From positions 2,606 to 66,605 of the forward strand of contig DASRLF010000020.1 of assembly GCA_035648555.1 (NCBI GenBank): a stretch of 64,000 nt of DNA, given 5' to 3'. The notes beneath the pieces were generated by a model. The model was not told the origin of the DNA. It saw only the letters and a program-made list of their open reading frames with translations, and ran no database searches. Origin of the DNA: Pseudolabrys sp. Lineage in GTDB: Bacteria; Pseudomonadota; Alphaproteobacteria; Rhizobiales; Xanthobacteraceae. Made by a program: the position numbers and the translations under genes. This document shows, one piece after another, positions 9,541 through 18,742 of the stretch; position 1 is the first letter of the stretch; the number at the start of each line of letters is the position of its first letter.

Positions 9541-10646
9541 TTGCCCCAGACCTCTTGCGAAAGATCCACGATCATCTTCAGCTTGGCCCATTGCTCGTCC
9601 TCGGCCAGCACGTTGCCCTCTTCGGTCGAGGCAAAGCCGCATTGCGGCGAAAGACAAAGCTGATCGAGCGCGACATATTTAGTCGCCTCCTCGATGCGCT
9701 TCTTGATGTCTTCGCGCGGCTCCAGCCGGCCGGATTTCGAGGTGACGAGACCCAGCACAACGATCTTGTTGCCTTTCGGGACGAAGCGCAGCGGCTCGAA
9801 GCCGCCGGCGCGGTCGCTGTCATATTCCAGGAAGTAGCCATCGTAATTGCACTTGGCGAGCAGGCTCTCGGCCACCGGCTCGTAGCCGCCGGACGAAATA
9901 AAGGTGGAGCGGAAATTGCCCCGGCAAACATGGGTCGTGATGGTCATATCGGCGGGCTTGGCCTCCAGCGCCTTGTTGATGCAGCGGGTATAGCTATCCT
10001 GCAGATGATCGACATCGAGGCCGCGCTCGCGCGCCTTCTTCAACTCGGCCTCCGAGCAGAGATAGGCCCAGGCGGTGTCATCCCATTGCAGGTAGCGGCA
10101 GCCAGCGGCGTAGAACGCCTTAATCGCCGACTGATAGGCCATGGCGAGATCGTCGAAGATGGCGTCTCGGCTCGGATAGAACTCTTTGCTCACCGCGCCG
10201 GGTTCGAGCCGGAAATGCATCACGCTCGGCGCCGGAATGGTCATCTTCGGCATGACCTTGGTGTGCGCCTTCAGGAACCTGAAGTGCTCCAGCATCGGAT
10301 GATTGGAGAAGCCGATCTTGCCTTTGACGCGGATGCTGAGCGGCTTGGTCTGCACGCCCTGAAACTGGATGCCGTGGTCGAGCTCATAAATCTCGACGCC
10401 ATCGAGCATGCCGAAGAAATCAAAATGCCACCATGAGCGGCGGAATTCGCCGTCGGTGGCGAGCTTGAGCCCGATGTCTTCCTGTTTCTTGATGATCTTC
10501 TCGATCTCGCGATCCTCGACCTCTTTGAGCTGGGCCGGGCTAATTGCGCTCTTCTCGCGTTGCGCGCGCGCCTGCTTGACCGGCGCGGTGCGCAGGATGC
10601 TGCCGACATGGTCGGCGCGGAAAGGCGGCTTGGTTCGCTGCGTCAT
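9537..10646 (-). CDS. Cobalamin-independent methionine synthase II family protein; array copy 1 of 5
   Basis: THVCRGNFRST, YFLEYD, SPQCGF; GGAGG RBS upstream of ATG 10646. Confidence 0.9.
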   Translation of the reverse strand: MTQRTKPPFRADHVGSILRTAPVKQARAQREKSAISPAQLKEVEDREIEKIIKKQEDIGLKLATDGEFRRSWWHFDFFGMLDGVEIYELDHGIQFQGVQTKPLSIRVKGKIGFSNHPMLEHFRFLKAHTKVMPKMTIPAPSVMHFRLEPGAVSKEFYPSRDAIFDDLAMAYQSAIKAFYAAGCRYLQWDDTAWAYLCSEAELKKARERGLDVDHLQDSYTRCINKALEAKPADMTITTHVCRGNFRSTFISSGGYEPVAESLLAKCNYDGYFLEYDSDRAGGFEPLRFVPKGNKIVVLGLVTSKSGRLEPREDIKKRIEEATKYVALDQLCLSPQCGFASTEEGNVLAEDEQWAKLKMIVDLSQEVWGK

Positions 10647-10690
10647 CGTTTCCTCCGCAATTCGTCCATCGGCGTTGCCGGCCGTGGGTT

Positions 10691-11545
10691 TTATTTAATG
10701 TGAGCCATAGCACGGCCCGGCTGCGGCGTGCCATGCGCCGCTTCGCATGCGTAGCGTGCAGTTTCGATGGTGCCCCCGAATGAAAAATAATGCGGCGCGG
10801 CATCGCCCAGATCGCCAGCGGCCACAAGCGCCTCAAGGATGCGGTCCGGCCCGACATGGCCAATCAGGCCGGCGGCCGCGCCCGACATCAGGCCGCGCAG
10901 CGAAGCGGCAACGCCGCAACGCTGGGCGTAACGGAACAGCGCCGGCACGCTGGTCGGTCCAGCCATACCGACTTTCACCGGCTGATTGATGCCGCAGGTG
11001 CGCAACTGCCGGAGCCAGGCGAGGATACGCTCGGGCGAAAAGGAAAATTGGCTGACGATATGTACGCCAAGTCCTTGCGCGGTGGCGGCGGCGATCTTTT
11101 CATCAAGCGCCGCTTCAAGCCGGCCGGCCGGAATGCGCGGGTGGCCTTCCGGATAGGCGCCGATGCCGATCTCTTCAATGCCGGCTTCGCGCAATTTGCC
11201 TTTCTGAATCACCGCCAGCGCGTCTGGATAAGGCCCCGCGGCGTCGACATCGCCACCGACCACGAGAATACGGCGGATGTCCGCTTCGCCACGCAGGCTG
11301 GCCAGCAGGTTTTGCAAGTCGGCGGCCGCGCCAATTCGGCGCGCCGCGATATGAACGACCGGTTCCAAGCCGGACTTACGCAGCAAAGCCGCCGCCGCGA
11401 TCAGCTCAGGCGGCTCGATCGTCGGCACCGCCGAAAAATAGACCGGCGTTCCGCCCGGCAGCAGGTCCGCCAACGCCGCAATCTCGGCCGCGCCGGGACG
11501 CGTGGCCTCAAGCGAAAACCGCCGCGCGAAGGCGTCCGGGCTCAT
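10691..11545 (-). CDS. metF: Methylenetetrahydrofolate reductase-like flavoprotein (atypical alphaproteobacterial MetF family)
   Basis: FSLEAT, PVVHIAARR, LVVGGD, GAYPEGHP, VSQFSF, GMAGP, RCGV, YFSFGG match the MTHFR barrel motifs in order. Confidence 0.8.
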   Translation of the reverse strand: MSPDAFARRFSLEATRPGAAEIAALADLLPGGTPVYFSAVPTIEPPELIAAAALLRKSGLEPVVHIAARRIGAAADLQNLLASLRGEADIRRILVVGGDVDAAGPYPDALAVIQKGKLREAGIEEIGIGAYPEGHPRIPAGRLEAALDEKIAAATAQGLGVHIVSQFSFSPERILAWLRQLRTCGINQPVKVGMAGPTSVPALFRYAQRCGVAASLRGLMSGAAAGLIGHVGPDRILEALVAAGDLGDAAPHYFSFGGTIETARYACEAAHGTPQPGRAMAHIK

Positions 11546-11549
11546 TGCG

Positions 11550-12959
11550 CTATTCGCGCCGGTGCGAGATCACGAAAGATTCGTCGTAGAACCAAAGACC
11601 GCCCTGCTGCTGCAGCACGTCGCGCGTCGCCTCGATGTAGCGGCGGTCGCTGTTGACGTCGGACAGGCGGTCGTCCTCGATTTGCGCCACGTAGATCGCG
11701 GCGTTCCAGGCCGCCAGCAGCGTCGAGGTGCCGATCGATGAGGAAATTTCCGATGGCAGCGTGTGCATCTCGTAGCGGAACAGCGAGCGCTGGTCGGAAT
11801 AGGCGTTGAAATTGAGATCGCGGCCGGCAGGCCCCAGTTCGTGTTTCACCGCCTTGAGTAGATCGTGGCGGCTATGCGCGAAGGGATTATCCTCGGGCCA
11901 AACTTTGTGGATGATTTCCATGCCGGGGTCACGCCCGTAGGAATGGATCGCGATCATACGGCCGCCGGGCCCGAGCGCGCGAGCGAGCGGCGCCAGCACG
12001 CGCTTGGCCTTGAAGTCGATCGAGGCGCGCGCGCGATAAGGCTGCGACGCGATCACCAGATCGTAGTCGGCAACCGTGGCGCCCGGTTTCGGGATGACCT
12101 GATCGAGCAGAAACTTGTGATCGTTGCGGTAAAGCACCAGCACCACCGGCCGCTCGTAGACCGGATTGCCGCTCTTCGGCGACACGCGCGCTTTCCAGTT
12201 TTCACCAAGGAACGGCTCAAGCGCGGTGATCTGCTGCTCGAACGAATGCGCGGTGTCGCCCTCGAGCGCAACTTCCTTCCAGACCATGCTGGAGGCCGCC
12301 GTCACCGACTTGACGGACAGCCACGGCGCTTCCGCGTAAGCGAGGTTGGTAAGAACAATGACGCTCGAAGGATGCTCAATGAAACGGTCCGCCATTTTCT
12401 GCAGCGTGAGGCGGACATCTTCGAGGCTGATTTCCTTGGCCACGATGTAGAACGGCATGGTCGGGTAACGGTCGTGCATCGAGCGCATGACGCGCGCCAG
12501 CACGGTGCCGTCGCCAACGCCGGCGTCGAACACACGCACCGCCGGCGGTCGCGGGTGGATGCTGGCAAGTTCGAGACTGACGCGGTTGGCGACTTCCCAC
12601 TTCTCGCTGCAGGTATTCACGAACAGCAGATATTTCTGCCTGTTGTCGAAGAATCGGAAATTGCGTTGCGGGTCGTCGCCCGCTTGACCGGAGGCGACCG
12701 GCGGGGCCGGCGGCTTGACCATCGGCAAGACCGCGGGCGGCGCCGCATCGAACAATACGCGGCGGCGAGCCGGCGCTGCGTCGGCGTTGCGCGCCATGAA
12801 GCTACGGATGCGCTCGAGCGTGTCAGTGGTAATGCGGCCGCCATTGCGCAGGCGGTTGGCGAGCTTGCCGTCATTGACCGCGCGGCGGCCGAAAGTGGAT
12901 TCGGCCAGACCGCGCTGGCGGCAGAATTCGCCGATCTCCTGGAGGATTTGATCGTTCAT
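11550..12959 (-). CDS. Fusion of an N-terminal small HTH-like DNA-binding domain and a class I SAM-dependent methyltransferase-like domain
   Basis: Residues 1-56 (GLAESTFGRRAVNDGKLANRLRNGG) are Cro/XRE-like, followed by a Pro/Ala linker and the SAM-binding motif I VFDAGVGDG. Confidence 0.65.
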   Translation of the reverse strand: MNDQILQEIGEFCRQRGLAESTFGRRAVNDGKLANRLRNGGRITTDTLERIRSFMARNADAAPARRRVLFDAAPPAVLPMVKPPAPPVASGQAGDDPQRNFRFFDNRQKYLLFVNTCSEKWEVANRVSLELASIHPRPPAVRVFDAGVGDGTVLARVMRSMHDRYPTMPFYIVAKEISLEDVRLTLQKMADRFIEHPSSVIVLTNLAYAEAPWLSVKSVTAASSMVWKEVALEGDTAHSFEQQITALEPFLGENWKARVSPKSGNPVYERPVVLVLYRNDHKFLLDQVIPKPGATVADYDLVIASQPYRARASIDFKAKRVLAPLARALGPGGRMIAIHSYGRDPGMEIIHKVWPEDNPFAHSRHDLLKAVKHELGPAGRDLNFNAYSDQRSLFRYEMHTLPSEISSSIGTSTLLAAWNAAIYVAQIEDDRLSDVNSDRRYIEATRDVLQQQGGLWFYDESFVISHRRE

Positions 12960-13041
12960 GGGTGCGTTTCCTGGCTGGCTCTCATGGCCGGCTCAGCGCC
13001 TAGGGAACCAAGCTTACTCAAATCCGTCAATCACAAAAGAG

Positions 13042-13180
13042 GCTATATAAAAGGTGGGCAAAGTGGGTGGGCTCAGCCCAACGCTATATTTATATGAATA
13101 TATTGTTCTTTGAAAAGGTGTTTCCGGCTTTCAGTGGGCTACTACCCACTTACTGCGTAAGTGTGGGCAATAAGTGGGCC
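13042..13180. promoter_or_regulatory. AT-rich upstream region of the met-like operon with repeated GTGGG boxes and three palindromes
   Basis: GTGGG at 13054, 13063, 13067, 13134, 13163, 13174. TGGGCT-C-AGCCCA 13068-13080; AGTGGG-N6-CCCACT 13133-13150; CACTTAC-N3-GTAAGTG 13147-13163. Confidence 0.55.
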
Positions 13181-13202
13181 GCGCGGTCCGGCGATAACGT
13201 CT

Positions 13203-13817
13203 TCAGATGTCGAAGAAAACCGTTTCGTCGCCGCCCTGGACGCGAATGTCGAAGCGGTAGGTGGCGGGGCCGCTGCCGGGCTGCTTGTGGGCAATAAGGG
13301 TGCCGCGGCGGTCTGCCGGCACTAGCGTCAGGATTTGATCGGCATCGTTCGCCTTCTCGTCGGAGAAATACAGCCGCGTATAGATCTGCCGCAGCATGCC
13401 GCGCGAGAAGATGCAGACCACGATATGCGGCGCCTGCGGCTTGCCGTTCGGCCCCTGCACCGCGCCGGGCTTGACGGTGTCGAACGAATAGATGCCGTCT
13501 TTGTCGGTGGCGGAACGGCCGAAGCCGGTAAACTTCGCATTCGGGCGCGGCTTCTCACCGCGCGCATGGGCATAACGGCCTTGGGCATCGGCCTGCCAGA
13601 TTTCGATCATGGCGTCGTTGATCGGCTTGCCGTCACCGTCGAGCACGCGGCCTTCGATGTGGATCTTGGTGCCGGTGGCGTCGGGTGTGATCAGATTGTC
13701 GCCGACGGTTTCCTTCCAGCTATAGTGGCCGTTCGGATCCCATTGGCAGCGGCCATCAGGCGTCAGCCCATAGGCGAAGAACGGCCCAACCGTCTGTGAG
13801 GGCGTGATTTCGGACAT
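13203..13817 (-). CDS. pcaG: Protocatechuate 3,4-dioxygenase alpha subunit
   Basis: ITPSQTVGPFF, IEIWQADAQG, QAPHI..FSRG, YRFDIRVQG..ETVFFDI. Confidence 0.96.
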   Translation of the reverse strand: MSEITPSQTVGPFFAYGLTPDGRCQWDPNGHYSWKETVGDNLITPDATGTKIHIEGRVLDGDGKPINDAMIEIWQADAQGRYAHARGEKPRPNAKFTGFGRSATDKDGIYSFDTVKPGAVQGPNGKPQAPHIVVCIFSRGMLRQIYTRLYFSDEKANDADQILTLVPADRRGTLIAHKQPGSGPATYRFDIRVQGGDETVFFDI

Positions 13818-14524
13818 TAGTGTTTATCCGTGTCTAGCGGCGTCGCCTCGCGCCCGCGCAACACGATGTTCCAGCGGAAGCAGAGCGCCCAGTCGGGAAT
13901 GGTGTTCTCCAGATCGAAGTTGGAGACCATGCGCTGGCGCGCTTTCTCGTCGGTCACCGAATTGAAGATCGGATCGAACGGAAACAGATAATCGCCGGGG
14001 AAATACATCTGGGTGACGAGGCGCGTGAGGAACGACTGGCCGAAGACCGAGAAATGGATGTGGTTCGGCCGCCAAGCATTGTGATGATTGCCCCACGGAT
14101 AGGCGCCGGGCTTCACGGTGATGAATTTGTAGTAGCCGTTCATGTCCGTGATGGTGCGGCCCGCGCCGGTGAAATTCGGATCGAGCGGCGCCGGATGCTG
14201 ATCGACGATGTGCACGTAGCGGCCGCAGGCATTAGCTTGCCAGATTTCCACCAGCGTCTCGGGGATCGGTCGCTTGTCCTCGTCCAGCACCTGGCCGTGC
14301 ACGATGATGCGCTCGCCCAAGGGCTCGCCTTTGTGCTGCTTGGTGAGGTCGTTGTCGGTGTCCTGGATCGCGTCGTGACCGAAGGCCGGACCTGAGAGCT
14401 CGGACAGCGTGTGCGGTACAATCACCAAAGGCTTGGACGGCGAGCGCTTCACCGTGCTGCGGTATTCCGGCGACAGATGCTTGGGAAAGGCGTCGAGGCT
14501 TTCCTTGGGATAGATCAGCGACAT
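13817..14524 (-). CDS. pcaH: Protocatechuate 3,4-dioxygenase beta subunit
   Basis: EIWQANACGRYVH, KPGAYPWGNHHNAWRPNHIHFS (Fe ligands Tyr/His). Confidence 0.97.
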   Translation of the reverse strand: MSLIYPKESLDAFPKHLSPEYRSTVKRSPSKPLVIVPHTLSELSGPAFGHDAIQDTDNDLTKQHKGEPLGERIIVHGQVLDEDKRPIPETLVEIWQANACGRYVHIVDQHPAPLDPNFTGAGRTITDMNGYYKFITVKPGAYPWGNHHNAWRPNHIHFSVFGQSFLTRLVTQMYFPGDYLFPFDPIFNSVTDEKARQRMVSNFDLENTIPDWALCFRWNIVLRGREATPLDTDKH

Positions 14525-14541
14525 TATCGTCGTCCTTGCTT

Positions 14542-15752
<1,211 letters not shown>

Positions 15753-15756
<4 letters not shown>

Positions 15757-16526
15757 GCCGCCTCGCCGTGGGCGCGGTTGGTGCGCGCCTGCAATTCACG
15801 CAACACTTCGAGCTCTTTCGCGGTCGGCGCCGGCGTCTCGGCGACCTTCGAGGCAAAACGTATTTTCCAGCCAGTGTTCTCCTGGATCTGCTCGCGTGTG
15901 ACGCCGGGATGAATCGAGACGACGGTCATTTCCTTGGTTTGCGGATCGGGCTCAAGCATCGCCAGGTCGGTGATCAACTTGGTCGGGCCTTTGGTTTTGA
16001 CGCCCAGTTTGGCCCGCGAGTCGCCGCCGGTGACGTGGCCGATCGACGTCACGAAATCGAGTCTGTCGACAAAGCCGCGCTTGCCCTGCGCCATGATGAT
16101 GAAAATCTCGCCGCACGAGGTGGCGATCTCCGGCGCGCCGCCGCCGCCGGGCAGCCGCACCTTCGGCTTGTCGTAGGGACCGACCACGGTGGTGTTGAGA
16201 TTGGCGTATTTGTCGATCTGCGCGCCACCGAGGAAGCCGATCTTGATGCGGCCGCCTTGCAGCCAGTAGCGGAACATTTCCGGCACCGACACGGTGGTGA
16301 CCGCAGTCTCGCACAATTCGCCGTCGCCGATCGACAGCGGCAGGATGTTGGGCTTGGTGGCGAGCGTGCCGGATTCGTAAATCAGCGTGATACCGGGCGC
16401 ATGCGTGAGGCGCGCGAGATTGCAGGCCGCCGAGGGCTGGCCGATGCCGACAAAGCAAACGTCGTCGTTCTTCAAAGCGCGCGCCGCAGCGATCGTCATC
16501 ATCTCGTTGGGCTTGTAGTCGGCCAT
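15753..16526 (-). CDS. pcaJ: 3-oxoadipate CoA-transferase subunit B (GctB/CatJ type)
   Basis: FVGIG, LIYESG, GGAQIDKYANLN, RLPGGGGA. Confidence 0.88.
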
Positions 16527-16531
16527 GCTTC

Positions 16532-17395
16532 TTACTCCGCCGCCGAACTAAGTTTGCGCGCGTGCACGGCAAAAGCCTCGGGGCCTTTCGCCAGCACGTT
16601 TTCCTTCATCCATGAAAGGAACGAGTCGCGCTCGCGCGAGACCGCATCCCATTGCTTGTAGAAACTGTTGTTGCGCGGGTAATAGCCCTGCGCATACGAC
16701 GGGAACGCGCCGCCCGGTACCTCGACCACATGGCCGACGGTCCAGTGCGGCAGCACCACCGCATTGAGGCTGCGATCCGGCGGCAGCTCGTCGACGATCT
16801 CCTCCACCGTCACCACCGAGCGCTTCGACGCCAACACCGCTTCCTTCTGCACGCCGAGCACGCCCTCGATCATGACGTTACCGGCTTTGTCGGCGCGTTG
16901 CGCATGGATCATCGCGACGTCTGGCCGGTGCGCCGGGATCGCGGCCAGTTCCTCGCCGGTGAAAGGACAGGTCACCCGCTTGATCTTGGAATTCACTTTC
17001 GGCAGGTCGCCGCCGATATAGCCGCGGAAAATCGCGCAAGGCAGCCCGGCAGCGCCCGCTTCATAGGCGTTGGCCATGGCGGCGTGCGAATGCTCCTCTA
17101 TTTCCAATTTATGCGGCCAGCCGTTTTCTACTGCGTCGCGAAAACGATACAGCGAGCCGACGCCCGGATTGCCGCCCCATGAGAACACCAGTTTCTTGAC
17201 GCACCCCATGCCGATGAGCTGGTCGTAAACCAGGTCTGGCGTCATGCGGATCAGCGTCAGGCCCTTGCGGCCCTGGCGGATGATCTCGTGGCAGGCGGCA
17301 TGGGGAATGAGATGGGTGAAGCCCTCCAGCGCCATCGTGTCGCCGTCGCGAACGGCATCTTTAATGGCTTCGGCGAGAGACGAAATACGCGCCAT
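16532..17395 (-). CDS. pcaI: 3-oxoadipate CoA-transferase subunit A (GctA/CatI type)
   Basis: ALEGFTHLIP, RMTPDLVYDQLIG, WGGNPGVGSL. Start ATG 17395. Confidence 0.88.
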   Translation of the reverse strand: MARISSLAEAIKDAVRDGDTMALEGFTHLIPHAACHEIIRQGRKGLTLIRMTPDLVYDQLIGMGCVKKLVFSWGGNPGVGSLYRFRDAVENGWPHKLEIEEHSHAAMANAYEAGAAGLPCAIFRGYIGGDLPKVNSKIKRVTCPFTGEELAAIPAHRPDVAMIHAQRADKAGNVMIEGVLGVQKEAVLASKRSVVTVEEIVDELPPDRSLNAVVLPHWTVGHVVEVPGGAFPSYAQGYYPRNNSFYKQWDAVSRERDSFLSWMKENVLAKGPEAFAVHARKLSSAAE

Positions 17396-17467
17396 GCGAG
17401 GCTGCTTCCCGGTTGCGGCACCGTATTTACGGCTGGTCACAGGCAGGGTCAAATGGCGAAATAGGCG

Positions 17468-17487
17468 TAAGTTTGAGCTCCAACGAA
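17468..17487. promoter_or_regulatory. Putative MarR operator, degenerate copy (TAAGTTTGAGCTCCAACGAA)
   Basis: 13/20 match to the 22321 palindrome; abuts the DUF3237 start codon in the pcaI/DUF3237 divergent gap. Confidence 0.5.
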
Positions 17488-17948
17488 TGGCAGCCATGCT
17501 GGGCAAAGAACCGATCTTCACAATTCACGCCGACTTGGCGGACATCATGAATTTCGGCCGCACGCCCTATGGCGAGCGCCGCGTTATCGGCATCCTCGGC
17601 GGCAGCGTGCGCGGACCCAAGTTGCAAGGGCGTATCCTGCCGGGCGGCTTCGACTGGCAAATCATACGCAATGACGGCGCGGCGGATATCAGCGCGCGCT
17701 ACACCATCGAGACGGATGCCGGCGCGCGCATCCTGGTGTCGAGCGACGGCTTGCGGCATGGTCCGCCCGACGTGATGGCGCGGCTGGCGCGGGGCGACAG
17801 TGTCGACCCCTCGCACTATTATTTCCGCACGGTGATGCGGTTTGAGACTGCCGATCCGGCGGTGGACTGGCTCAACCGGATTCTCGGATTGACGCGCGGA
17901 CAGCGCGAGGCCAACGCCGTGCGTCTCGATGTCTATGAGGTCAAATAA
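17487..17948 (+). CDS. DUF3237 family beta-barrel protein
   Basis: TPYGERRVI.I.GG.V.GPKLQG..LPGGFDWQ, ARYTIETD, YYFRTVMRFET pattern. Confidence 0.85.
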   Translation: MAAMLGKEPIFTIHADLADIMNFGRTPYGERRVIGILGGSVRGPKLQGRILPGGFDWQIIRNDGAADISARYTIETDAGARILVSSDGLRHGPPDVMARLARGDSVDPSHYYFRTVMRFETADPAVDWLNRILGLTRGQREANAVRLDVYEVK

Positions 17949-18742
17949 TGGCGGATCGGCTGGACGTAAAACTGCCTGCCTCGCTCGCCGCCGAGCGACA
18001 GGGCGCGGTGGCGATATTGCGCCTGGCGCGGCCCACCAAGCGCAACGCATTCAACGACGAGACCATTCTCGGCATCGAGACATTCTTCACGTCGCTGCCG
18101 GACGGCGTCGGCGCGGTGCTGCTGCACGGCGAGGGCGAGCATTTTTCCGCCGGGCTCGATTTGAGCGAGCTTAAGGAGCGCGACGTCGCGCAGGGCATCG
18201 CGCATTCCGGACTGTGGCATCGCGCCTTCGAGAAAATCCAGTTCGGCAAGGTGCCGGTGGTCGCCGTGCTGCATGGCGCGGTGGTCGGTGGCGGGCTGGA
18301 ATTGGCCGCCAGCGCGCACGTGCGCGTCGCCGAACGCTCGGCTTATTACGCGCTGCCGGAAGGCAGCCGCGGCATCTATGTCGGCGGCGGCGGCTCGGTG
18401 CGGTTGCCGCGGTTGATCGGCATCGCGCGCATGATGGACATGATGCTCACCGGCCGCACTTATTCCGCCGAGGAAGGTCACGCCATGGGGCTAACGACCT
18501 ATCTGGTCGAGCCGGGCCAGGGTTTTGCCAAAGGTCTCGAGCTGGCGACGGCAATCGCCGGCAATGCGCCGCTCACGAACTTTGCGGTGATGCAGGCGCT
18601 GCCGCGCATCGCCGAGATGGATCCGGCCAGCGGCTACGAAGTCGAGGCGCTGATGTCGGCGATCGCGCAGGCCGATCCCGAGGCAAAAGCGCGGCTGAAG
18701 GAATTTCTGGCAAAGCGCGCGCCAAAGGTGACGCGGCCTTGA
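17948..18742 (+). CDS. Enoyl-CoA hydratase/crotonase family (hydroxycinnamoyl-CoA pathway context)
   Basis: HFSAGLDL, GAVVGGGLELA, LPEGSRGIYVGGG; adjacent to fcs. Confidence 0.88.
   Translation: MADRLDVKLPASLAAERQGAVAILRLARPTKRNAFNDETILGIETFFTSLPDGVGAVLLHGEGEHFSAGLDLSELKERDVAQGIAHSGLWHRAFEKIQFGKVPVVAVLHGAVVGGGLELAASAHVRVAERSAYYALPEGSRGIYVGGGGSVRLPRLIGIARMMDMMLTGRTYSAEEGHAMGLTTYLVEPGQGFAKGLELATAIAGNAPLTNFAVMQALPRIAEMDPASGYEVEALMSAIAQADPEAKARLKEFLAKRAPKVTRP

Noticed and set aside
5160-10436. Long plus-strand ORFs over the MetE-like array (e.g. 5160-6365, 6095-7144, 8359-9663, 9438-10436) and similar ones opposite glnD, iorA, the TPP enzyme and PBP1A
   Set aside because: Antisense shadows of high-GC coding genes; no recognisable motifs, and they repeat only because the sense genes are paralogs.
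5109-10646. Near-identical 3' segments of the five paralogs as a CRISPR array or diversity-generating retroelement TR/VR pair
   Set aside because: The repeats are in-frame coding sequence about 1.1 kb apart, differences are not adenine-specific, and no reverse transcriptase or cas gene is present.
12960-13202. SAM-II/SAM-V or cobalamin riboswitch upstream of the met-like operon
   Set aside because: I could not match the conserved cores by eye on the minus strand; a cmscan run would be needed to exclude it fully.
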